Assembly (NCBI GenBank): GCA_034670305.1
Contig: JAXMNT010000095.1
Location: forward strand, 1-12,053
DNA length: 12,053 nucleotides
Direction: 5' to 3'
From: Deltaproteobacteria bacterium
Lineage (GTDB): Bacteria > Myxococcota_A > Polyangia > Polyangiales > Houyiibacteriaceae
The notes under the pieces were generated by a model that made no database searches, had not been told where the DNA came from, and was given only the letters and a program-made list of their open reading frames with translations. The translations under genes and the position numbers were made by a program. Position 1 is the first letter of the stretch. Every line of letters begins with the position of its first letter. This document shows positions 1 to 7,367 of this stretch, one piece after another.

Positions 1-63
1 CGTCCGCTGGGCATCGGGCTCCGATTCGCGGCCTCGCCGTCGCGAAACACACGGCGTCCACGA

Positions 64-127
64 CGCGGGCAAGGGCACGGGCAAGGGCAACGGCAAGGGA
101 GCAGGTCGCTTTTCAGCGACCTGCTAG
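64..127 (-). repeat. Left copy of CTAG-hairpin-hexamer element (putative MITE/REP-like terminus)
   Basis: Minus strand reads CTAGCAGGTCGCTGAAAAGCGACCTGCT then CCCTTG CCGTTG CCCTTG CCCGTG CCCTTG CCCGCG. Perfect 11-bp stem at 100-110/115-125. The CTAG contains the stop of the VOC gene. Homologous to 11929-12010. Confidence 0.8.
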
Positions 128-474
128 AGTTCGCACCACACGGCGAGTTCGTTGCCTTCGGTGTCGGCGAAGCGGAATCGGCGGCCACCGGGGAACTCGA
201 AGGGCGGTTTGAGGATGGTGCCGCCGGCTTCGACGACGGCGGCATGGCTGGCTTCCAGATCGTCGGAGAAGAGGACGACGAGTGGACCGCCGGGCCGAAC
301 GCTCTCGGAGAGGGCGAGTCCGCCTTGTTCCCGTGGCGAGCCCTGGATGCCGGCGTAGCCTGGTCCGTACTCGGTGAACGCCCATCCGAACGCGGCCGCA
401 TAGAACGCCTTGGCGCGGGCCATGTCGGTGACCGAGAGTTCCAGGTAGTCGATGGTGTGGTGTCGCGTGCTCAT
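124..474 (-). CDS. VOC family (glyoxalase/bleomycin resistance-like) protein, 116 aa
   Basis: MSTRHHTIDYLELSVTDMARAKAFYAAAFGW...VVEAGGTILKPPFEFPGGRRFRFADTEGNELAVW is a typical VOC signature. Start placed at ATG 474; the ORF-track extension to 678 overlaps the upstream gene and looks non-coding. Confidence 0.93.
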   Translation of the reverse strand: MSTRHHTIDYLELSVTDMARAKAFYAAAFGWAFTEYGPGYAGIQGSPREQGGLALSESVRPGGPLVVLFSDDLEASHAAVVEAGGTILKPPFEFPGGRRFRFADTEGNELAVWCEL

Positions 475-491
475 GGCGGGCACGATGCCAC
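475..491 (-). promoter_or_regulatory. Candidate extended -10 (TGgCATCGT) 7 nt before the ATG; leaderless promoter
   Basis: Minus strand GTGG-CATCGT-gcccgcc-ATG with no Shine-Dalgarno. Same hexamer and spacing occur at 9661-9677. Confidence 0.45.
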
Positions 492-511
492 GCCCCTGAG
501 ACACTCGACCC

Positions 512-2377
512 TCAGAAGCGCGTCCAGCCGAGCAAGAGCTCGCCGCATCCTCCCGCGCAGATCGTGCGCACGTCGTAGATCCCGCGGTACAGCAGCACCC
601 GCGCTGCGCCCGCATCGATGTCCGAGCGGGAGACGCCGCCGAACTCCCGGAACTGGAGCTGTTCTCCTGGCCGCGCATCGAACGCGATCCGCACGTCCGC
701 CACTTCCAGCTCGAACGTGCGGGCGGTCAACAGCTCGTCCGCGTCCACCTCGCCGAGCCGGACGCGCGCATCGGGCATGAACGGGTTGCCGACGACTTCG
801 TACTCGAACGTGAACACACCCGGCGGGACCACCATGCGAATCACGCTCTCTCCAAACGGCACCAAACGTTCGCTGATCTCCCGGCTCTCCTCCCGCACGA
901 ACACCCGGCCCCGCGGCGCGTCGAGTTCGGAGGGACCGTCGGGCACTCGGCCGCCGTCGACGTGCACCGTGACGTCCACGTAGCGCACGCCCGCGTCGAG
1001 TGCGGCGTCGCCGCGGGTGCCGATCTCTTCTTCCCGCGCGACGACCTGCGCCAACCTCGGCATCGAAGGATCGGTCCCGGTGAAGCGCACGTCGGCCCGG
1101 GTCCCGAGCACGGCCGCGGAGAACCCGCCGCGACCGCGCACCACGATGCCGCGGCTCGCCACGCCGAGCGCGTCCACCAGCTGCAGGATGCCGAGGCGTG
1201 TCTCCACGTCGGGGTCGGTGACGTCCGGGGCTTCTGCGTCATCGACCGTCATGGTCCCAGCCCAGGTGGCGGTCAAAGCGTCGAGGTCGATCGTACGGTC
1301 CGCGTCCACCACGTAGGTTCCAAGCCACGCGCGGCTCTGCGGCGCGACCCGATCCGAGAGGGTGTCGAGGTAGACCTCGTAGGTGCCGGGCAGAATCGAC
1401 CCCGCGTAGCCTGCTTCGGTCACGGGCCAGTCCACCGTCGGCGCGTCCGGTAGGTCTGCGTCGGCGAAGCGCACCGTGCCGCGTGCGAAGGCCGCTCCGT
1501 CGAGCCGCACGGTTCCGGACACGCGCACCGGCGTGCCGTCGAACTCCGCTTCGCCGGTGACTTCGCCGAGGTCGGCGCTGCCGAACTCCGTCGCGACCTG
1601 CACCCGCTGCGCGCTTGGGACGATCGGCACGGGGCCGCCCTCGCTGCGTCGGCGCACGCCGGTCGCCACGCTCTGCAGATCGAAGACGCACGTCCCGAGT
1701 TCGGCGCTGCATCGCGTCTCGAAGGTGGCGCGCTCCATTGGCAGTTCGATCGCACCGGGGCCACGCACGACGAGCTCGCCCGAGCGGGCCCAGGAAGGAA
1801 ACGTCGCGCGGTCGGGCAGCGTGAGCGTGAGTTGGTACGTGCCGGGATCGACCGACAAGGACTGGGTGGCCCGGGCGGCTTCGGCGTAGACCACCGCACC
1901 GGAACGATCGCGCACCCGGAGCGCGCCGGTGGGCGGCGCGTCCGCGAGCCACGGCAGTTCGAGGGTGGCGACCACCGCAGACTCGGCCAGCGCGTTCACC
2001 GGTCGGTTCAAGACGATCGGCGCGCGCACGTCCCCGCCGGAGCGCTCACACACCCGCTCGGTCCGGGTCAACGCCACGAAGGGGACGTCGATCGAACCGG
2101 TGCACTCGAAGTCCTCCGGACACGTGCCTGCCTGGCCCCCGCCGTGGTTGCAGGTCTCGTGGGCCAAGCGGTACGGCACCGGTCCCGAAGGCCACGGATC
2201 CCACGCGAACGAGAGCGGGATCTCGACGCGCGCGTCGACGCCTCCATCGGACCCACCGACGTCGATGGAGGCATCGGCGGCATCGGTGCCCGCGTCGACA
2301 GCGACGTTGCTGCCCTTGCATGCGGCCACCGCGCACAGCGCCAAGAAGCACGCGCACACCCGCGCGTTCGCGCTCAC
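512..2377 (-). CDS. Putative secreted lipoprotein with repeated beta-sandwich (carboxypeptidase-regulatory/prealbumin-like) modules, about 621 aa
   Basis: GTG at 2377 overlaps the upstream TGA (GTGA). N-terminus MSANARVCACFLALCAVAAC is a lipobox candidate, followed by a DAGTDAADASIDVGGSDGGVDA linker. Recurrent PGTY-like strands: VDPGTYQLTL, ILPGTYEVYL, VPPGVFTFEY, LYRGIYDVRT. The ORF-track part 2378-3457 is an Arg-rich shadow. Confidence 0.8.
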   Translation of the reverse strand: MSANARVCACFLALCAVAACKGSNVAVDAGTDAADASIDVGGSDGGVDARVEIPLSFAWDPWPSGPVPYRLAHETCNHGGGQAGTCPEDFECTGSIDVPFVALTRTERVCERSGGDVRAPIVLNRPVNALAESAVVATLELPWLADAPPTGALRVRDRSGAVVYAEAARATQSLSVDPGTYQLTLTLPDRATFPSWARSGELVVRGPGAIELPMERATFETRCSAELGTCVFDLQSVATGVRRRSEGGPVPIVPSAQRVQVATEFGSADLGEVTGEAEFDGTPVRVSGTVRLDGAAFARGTVRFADADLPDAPTVDWPVTEAGYAGSILPGTYEVYLDTLSDRVAPQSRAWLGTYVVDADRTIDLDALTATWAGTMTVDDAEAPDVTDPDVETRLGILQLVDALGVASRGIVVRGRGGFSAAVLGTRADVRFTGTDPSMPRLAQVVAREEEIGTRGDAALDAGVRYVDVTVHVDGGRVPDGPSELDAPRGRVFVREESREISERLVPFGESVIRMVVPPGVFTFEYEVVGNPFMPDARVRLGEVDADELLTARTFELEVADVRIAFDARPGEQLQFREFGGVSRSDIDAGAARVLLYRGIYDVRTICAGGCGELLLGWTRF

Positions 2378-3552
2378 ATACACGGGTCTTCGAACACGGT
2401 CTCTTCGCGGAGCGTGCTCACGACCACCGGTGCGCTCGTCTCGAATCGGATCGCGGCGCTGATCGCGTTGCATGGAAGCATCATGGTGTCCTCCGCCGGG
2501 TTGGTCCGCACATCCGCCGCGTTGCGAAGGAGCTGCTCGGCCGGTGGCCGGAAGATCGTGTCGCTCGGACACACGAGCAGGTCGAGCGCTGCGTTGGCGT
2601 TCGCTTGTGACCAGCGACCGCTCAGGAGCGCACCGCTCAGATCTCCGTCCTCTGCGATCTGCGCGGTCAGCCGCGCGTCGCTCAGCCGGATCTCGACTGC
2701 GCGGCCTTCCGCTTGGAACACGAAGGGCTGGTTGTCGGGGATGCGCATGACCAGGACGCCATCGGTCACGTAGCCCTCGCGGTCGATCGCGATCGGTTGG
2801 CCGGTGCCCGGGTTGTAGAAGCTCGCGGCGGGTACGAGCACCGGCGTCGGCTCCATGTCCCAAGCGGGCGGCATGTTGTTCTCCGGCCGCACACTGATGG
2901 TCAACACCACCTCCACGGTCTGGTCGTTCGGCGTGCCGTTCCAGCCGGTCAGCTCGAGCATCGGCGTGCCTTCGCCGTCGCGCATGTTGTCGCTGAAGCG
3001 CATCTCGATGTTGGGGTCGACCACCTCGAAGCCGGGGATGAGGAACGTGCCGAACGCGTTGTCGGTGCCGAACTCGGTGCTGTCGGGCGGCGTGTCGTCG
3101 TCCATGTTCATGCAGCTGTTCGGCACGCCGCTGAGCATCGTGCAGTAGCCATCGAGGTCGTAGCCGTTCGTGCGCGCGAACGAGGGATCGAGGAGCGCGC
3201 GGACGATCGTCCGGTCCTCGCCCTCTTCCGGGCACAGGCTGCGCGCCGGCGGCCGCAGCGGCCGACAGGTCTCCGGCGGGATGCCGATGGGTGGTTCGGT
3301 CGTGCACCCGGCTGGGCCCATGTCCGGCACGTTGCCGTCCGGCACCGGACCGGTGTCGATCCCGCCTCCCGCGTCGACGTCGGGCTCGAAGACGATCGCG
3401 GCTTTCGTACAGCCCGTCAGTGAGAGCGCGGCCAGCGAGAGGCCGGCCGCCAGCCACACCGCGGCCGAAGCCGGCGACCGCGCGGCGAGCGCGCGCCCGA
3501 TTCGAGCCGTCGCGATTCGTCGCGGGTTCAGAACGTGGTCCGGTACGAACAT
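2374..3552 (-). CDS. Putative lipoprotein, Cys-rich and acidic, unknown function, about 392 aa
   Basis: ATG 3552 is preceded by GAGAGGGGGG. Hydrophobic segment ends in lipobox LTGC, then a DAG/Pro linker and motifs GYDLDGYC and GTDNAFG. Start is uncertain; a later GTG is possible. Confidence 0.82.
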   Translation of the reverse strand: MFVPDHVLNPRRIATARIGRALAARSPASAAVWLAAGLSLAALSLTGCTKAAIVFEPDVDAGGGIDTGPVPDGNVPDMGPAGCTTEPPIGIPPETCRPLRPPARSLCPEEGEDRTIVRALLDPSFARTNGYDLDGYCTMLSGVPNSCMNMDDDTPPDSTEFGTDNAFGTFLIPGFEVVDPNIEMRFSDNMRDGEGTPMLELTGWNGTPNDQTVEVVLTISVRPENNMPPAWDMEPTPVLVPAASFYNPGTGQPIAIDREGYVTDGVLVMRIPDNQPFVFQAEGRAVEIRLSDARLTAQIAEDGDLSGALLSGRWSQANANAALDLLVCPSDTIFRPPAEQLLRNAADVRTNPAEDTMMLPCNAISAAIRFETSAPVVVSTLREETVFEDPCM

Positions 3553-4442
3553 CCGCCCCCCTCTCGGCCGATGCCGCACGCGATCGGAACCGCGCGGTCG
3601 TCGCTGCGGCCGTACCGCAACACCCCGGTCAGGAGCGCCGTCGCGCCTCCGACGAGCAACAAGATCGTGGAGGTCGCGGCGCCGGTGCGCTGCCCTTCCA
3701 GAGTCGAGAGGTTGAGGCAGTTGTTGCCCGCCGCGATGGCATCTTCGCAGAGACCGACTTCGCCCCCGCGGTTGATCCACCACGCGAGCGTTCCGATCCC
3801 GGCCAGCACGAAGGCGCCGCCGCCGACCAAGAGCGACACGCCGAGCCCATCGAGGGACTTCGCGCGGGTCTCCGGCGCTTGAAACGTGGCGGACCCACCT
3901 TCGAGGACGAGTTCGAGTTCGAGCGTCTCGTCTTCGCCGCCTTGCACCCGAAGCCGCCGTTCCAGCGCCTCGTATCCGTCGGCGCTCAGACTCAGCGCGT
4001 GGGGGCCGATGTCGAGCAGGAGCGTTCCGTCGTCTTCGAGTTCGGCGGGTCGCAGGTCCACCGTCATGCGCGCGTCGGCTGGATCGGTCTGGATCCGAAA
4101 CCGGCCGATGAAGGTCAGCGCCCGCTCGATCAGCGCTTCCGCTTCGGCCCGTTGTTCCCCGTTGAGCGCGCCTTCGCTGTGGTCGAGCGCTTGGCGCATC
4201 AGCCGGTAGCTCAACACGTACTGCCGTTCTTCGAACGCGCTCATGCCGGCCCCACGCAGTACGCGCGCGGAAGGTTCGAGTTCGTACGCCTCCATGAAGA
4301 GGGTGCGGGCTTCGGCGTAGTTGCCCCGCTCGAACTCCGAGAGCGCCTCACGCAGGACGGTGCGGTATCGGCGTTGGGCGTTCGCCGTCGTCGATTGCAA
4401 CACGCACACCACGACGAGCAGACTGAGCAGGCGCGCGATCAA
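3528..4442 (-). CDS. TPR + PEGA domain protein with signal peptide and C-terminal hydrophobic hairpin, about 304 aa
   Basis: TTG at 4442 overlaps the kinase TGA (TTGA). Signal peptide ends ANA-Q. TPR-like EALSEFERGNYAEARTLFMEAYELEP; PEGA-like RIQTDPADARMTVD...GPHALSLSADGYEALERRLRVQGGEDETLELEL; two hydrophobic helices; ends SYRTTF. Confidence 0.88.
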   Translation of the reverse strand: MIARLLSLLVVVCVLQSTTANAQRRYRTVLREALSEFERGNYAEARTLFMEAYELEPSARVLRGAGMSAFEERQYVLSYRLMRQALDHSEGALNGEQRAEAEALIERALTFIGRFRIQTDPADARMTVDLRPAELEDDGTLLLDIGPHALSLSADGYEALERRLRVQGGEDETLELELVLEGGSATFQAPETRAKSLDGLGVSLLVGGGAFVLAGIGTLAWWINRGGEVGLCEDAIAAGNNCLNLSTLEGQRTGAATSTILLLVGGATALLTGVLRYGRSDDRAVPIACGIGREGGGCSYRTTF

Positions 4443-5854
4443 TCGAAGTCTCCGAGGCTCAGCCCGCCGGTGCGGTGGGTCATCGAGGCCGACATGCGCA
4501 TGCCGCGTCGACGCATCGCGTTCGCGCTCCTGGTGGTCTCGGTCGTGTCCACGGCCGCAGAGGATACCGCGTTGTCGTCGAGAACCTCGGTTTCCGCGGT
4601 CTCGGCGCCGTGGGACCCGGCGGTCGGGTGTGGCTGCGCAACGAGGCTCGGCCGCGCGGCGGGCTCGACGGCGGTCGGTTCTGCACCGGCCGATGTGCCA
4701 GGCACGGGTTCGCCGGGCACGGGTTCGCCAGGCACGGGTTCGCCAGGCACGGGTTCGCCGGGCGCGATGGTTGCTGGCGAGGCGGACTCGAGCGGGGTGG
4801 CCACCGGAACCGGGGCGGCGCGGCGCATCATCACAAACACCGCCGCGGCGGCGACGGCACACGCAAGGACGGCGGCGGTGAGCAGGAGCGCGCGCGAAGT
4901 CCCGGCCGTGCGCGCGGCGCGGGGCACCGGCACCTGGATGGTTGGTTTCGGTTCGGAGCGGGCGGGAAACACCCCGGACCAATCGGTCTCGGTGTCGCGG
5001 AACCGGATGCCGCCGCTGTAGGGCTCGAGGGCTTCGCCGAACGCGGCGACGTCCGGGTACCGGCGTTCCCGCCGCACATCGAACGCCTTGAACACGATCT
5101 CCTGCACCGCGCGCGGCACGGGCTGGGCGAAGGGTCTCGGCCGCTCGGAGAGCTTGACCACCGCGAGCTCGGCGTAGGAGTCCGCGATGAACGGCGGTTC
5201 CCCTTCGAGCATCTCGTAGAGCAGGCACCCGAGCGCGTAGAGGTCGGCCCGCCCGTCGACGTCTTTGACGCCCTTCATCTGTTCCGGCGAACAGTAGAGC
5301 GGCGTGCCCATCACCACCCCGGTCGCGGTGAGGCTGAGCGAGTCCGGCCCCGCCATCTTCGAGATCCCGAAGTCGAGCACCTTGACGGTCGAGGCGCTGC
5401 CGTCCTGGTTCTCGCAGAGGAAGACGTTGTCGGGCTTGAGGTCGCGGTGAATGACGCCCTGCGCGTGCGCAGCGGCGACCCCACGCAAGATCGGCATCAT
5501 GAGCCGGATGGCGTCGTGCATGGTCATGGGGCCCGGCGCGAGCGCGGCCGTGAGCGGCATGCCGTTGAGGCGCTCCATCACCAGGAACACCGCGCCCTCG
5601 TGCTCTCCGAAATCGTAGACGTCGACCACGTTCGGGTGGTCGACCCGGCCGGCCGCTTGCGCTTCGACCAGCAGACGCGCTCGTCGCTCGTCGCTCCGCT
5701 TGTCCGCGGGGAGCCACTTGATCGCGACCGGCTTCGAGGTGACGAGGTGGGTGGCGGCGTAGATCACACCCATCCCTCCCTCACCGAGTTGGCCCTCGAT
5801 GCGGTACTTGCCTGCGACGATTTCGCCGCGGCTCGGCATGGCGGCCGAGACCAC
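4439..5854 (-). CDS. Membrane-spanning Hanks-type serine/threonine protein kinase
   Basis: Motifs GEGGMG, VAIK, HRDLKPDN, DFG, GTPLYCSPEQ and DLYALG are all intact. One TM (LLLTAAVLACAVAAAAVFVMM) and a Pro/Ala/Thr-rich external tail. Start is GTG 5854 or ATG 5839. Confidence 0.96.
   Translation of the reverse strand: MVSAAMPSRGEIVAGKYRIEGQLGEGGMGVIYAATHLVTSKPVAIKWLPADKRSDERRARLLVEAQAAGRVDHPNVVDVYDFGEHEGAVFLVMERLNGMPLTAALAPGPMTMHDAIRLMMPILRGVAAAHAQGVIHRDLKPDNVFLCENQDGSASTVKVLDFGISKMAGPDSLSLTATGVVMGTPLYCSPEQMKGVKDVDGRADLYALGCLLYEMLEGEPPFIADSYAELAVVKLSERPRPFAQPVPRAVQEIVFKAFDVRRERRYPDVAAFGEALEPYSGGIRFRDTETDWSGVFPARSEPKPTIQVPVPRAARTAGTSRALLLTAAVLACAVAAAAVFVMMRRAAPVPVATPLESASPATIAPGEPVPGEPVPGEPVPGEPVPGTSAGAEPTAVEPAARPSLVAQPHPTAGSHGAETAETEVLDDNAVSSAAVDTTETTRSANAMRRRGMRMSASMTHRTGGLSLGDFD
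4697..4763. repeat. 15-bp coding tandem repeat, about 4.5 copies, encoding (PGEPV)4
   Basis: gccR-ggcacgggttc occurs four times, plus a partial unit, in the kinase C-terminal tail. Confidence 0.92.
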
Positions 5855-5870
5855 GGCCCCAGCATACCAC
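5855..5870 (-). promoter_or_regulatory. Candidate extended -10 (TGgTATGCT) 6 nt before the in-frame GTG of the kinase
   Basis: Minus strand GTGG-TATGCT-ggggcc-GTG matches TGnTAnnnT. No Shine-Dalgarno seen. Confidence 0.55.
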
Positions 5871-5988
5871 CGGTCCACGCGGATGCCTCCAAGGCCCTCT
5901 GCGCCGCTACGTCGCGGAGGATGGTTTGGGCACTGCCGTCAAGGAACAGCGACGAGCCGCAGCGGATGGGGCGACGGCCCAAGGAACA

Positions 5989-6030
5989 CCGAAAAGGCGC
6001 GCCCCGCAGATTGCGGAACGCGCCTCTCGG
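5989..6030 (-). terminator. Probable intrinsic terminator of the flotillin operon
   Basis: Minus strand CCGAGAGGCGCGTTCCGCA-atc-TGCGGGGCGCGCCTTTTCGG forms a long stem with G-U pairs and a TTTT run, 44 nt downstream of the stop at 6075. Confidence 0.65.
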
Positions 6031-6074
6031 TCGGTTGCGGAGGTCGGTCGAGCCGGCCACCGCGCTGGGTCAGG

Positions 6075-7367
6075 TCACTGGGACGGCGGGCGCGGGATGC
6101 GCGGCGCCATGCCGGTTCCGACCTTGGACTTCAGCACCCCCGTGACGTCGATCCCGGTGGCGGCTTTGATCTGCTCGGTCGCGCTGACGATCTTGCCCGC
6201 CAGGCTCCCGTCGCCGTTGCCGTCGCCGTTGCCGGTGTTGCCGCCTTTGCCGATCAGCGTGAGCCGGTCGACCTTGAGCTCGCCGATCGTGCCGGCCACC
6301 TGTTTGAGTACGGGGACGAGCTTCTGCATGAGCAGCACGTCGCGGCCTGCGGTGCCTTGACCGCGGTAGGTCGCGGCGAGGTCCTTGAGCACCCCGGCGG
6401 TCGCCTTGCCTTGTTCGACGATGCTGATCGCGCTCGCTTTCGCTTGGGCGATCGCTTCGTCGCGCGATGCTTCCGCGGGCCGGATGACATCGGCGGTCAG
6501 CTGGAACTTGATCTGGTCCAGCCGCGCGATCTGCATCTCGATCTCCGCGTGGGTCTGAGCGAGCATCGCTTGAACCGCGGCTTGCTGTTCGGCGATGAGC
6601 GCGCCTCGACGGGTGGTCGCGTCGGCGATGCGGGTCTCGTTCTGTTTGCGCGCGACTTCCACCGCGGCCTCCAGTTTGGCGAGCTCGCCTTCCATGTAGT
6701 TGCGCCACTTCACCTCGGCGGCGTCGGCCTGGGCCTTCGACTCCGCGATGACCGCGTCGCGACGAATCGCGGCGCTTCGGGTGCGACCGATCGCGTCGAG
6801 GTAGCCGACCTCGTCGCTCACGTTCTGGATGTTGAGCGTGTCGAGCATCAGCCCGATCTTCTCGAGATCGTGCCCTGCTTCGTCGGTCAACTTGGCCGCG
6901 AACGCTTCCTTGTCGCGGTTGACCTCTTCGGGCGTCAGACCCGCGAGCACGCCGCGGAGGTTGCCTTCGAGCGTCTCCCGAGCGACGCGCATGATCTCTT
7001 CACGCGTGCGACCGAGGAACCGTTCGAGCGCGTTGTGGATCAGCGGCATCTCACCGGGGATCTTGATGTTGGCGACGCCCTGTACGGTGAGCGGGATGCC
7101 GCCCTTCGAGTAGGCGTTCCGGACCGCGATCTCGATGATCATGTTCGTCAGGTCGACTTTGTCGACGACCTCGACGAGCGGGATGCGCAGCGCGCGGCCG
7201 CCCTTGATGATGCGGTAGTGCGTCTGGATGTTGCCGTGGGCCTTCTTGCGACCGCTGAGCACCAGCACCTGGTTGGGCTGACAGACGTAGAGGAGGTTTC
7301 GAATCACCAGCGCCACGGCCACGAGGCCGATGATGCCGATGCCCATCATTGCTGCTGCAGCACCCAT
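6075..7367 (-). CDS. Flotillin family (SPFH/band 7) protein, second paralog, about 430 aa
   Basis: N-terminal TM; SPFH motifs PNQVLVLSG, IPLVEVVDKVDL, GIPLTVQGVANIKI, LEGNLRGVLAGLTPEEVNRD, YLDAIGR; Ala/Glu-rich coiled coil. ATG 7367 (or GTG 7370) overlaps the upstream stop. Confidence 0.94.
   Translation of the reverse strand: MGAAAAMMGIGIIGLVAVALVIRNLLYVCQPNQVLVLSGRKKAHGNIQTHYRIIKGGRALRIPLVEVVDKVDLTNMIIEIAVRNAYSKGGIPLTVQGVANIKIPGEMPLIHNALERFLGRTREEIMRVARETLEGNLRGVLAGLTPEEVNRDKEAFAAKLTDEAGHDLEKIGLMLDTLNIQNVSDEVGYLDAIGRTRSAAIRRDAVIAESKAQADAAEVKWRNYMEGELAKLEAAVEVARKQNETRIADATTRRGALIAEQQAAVQAMLAQTHAEIEMQIARLDQIKFQLTADVIRPAEASRDEAIAQAKASAISIVEQGKATAGVLKDLAATYRGQGTAGRDVLLMQKLVPVLKQVAGTIGELKVDRLTLIGKGGNTGNGDGNGDGSLAGKIVSATEQIKAATGIDVTGVLKSKVGTGMAPRIPRPPSQ

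Noticed and set aside
2-127. Plus-strand open frame ending ...GKGTGKGNGKGAGRFSATC-stop
   Set aside because: It is simply the translation of the repeat element, with no independent sign of coding.
2378-3457. N-terminal 360 aa of the 981-aa ORF 512..3457
   Set aside because: Arg/Gly/His-rich off-frame shadow of the lipoprotein gene at 2374-3552. A signal peptide begins at the GTGA overlap at 2377.
4443-5717. N-terminal part of the 729-aa ORF, or a frameshifted kinase-PEGA fusion
   Set aside because: Shadow frame of the kinase. The kinase ends in a plausible C-terminus, the next gene has its own signal peptide, and no slippery site is evident.
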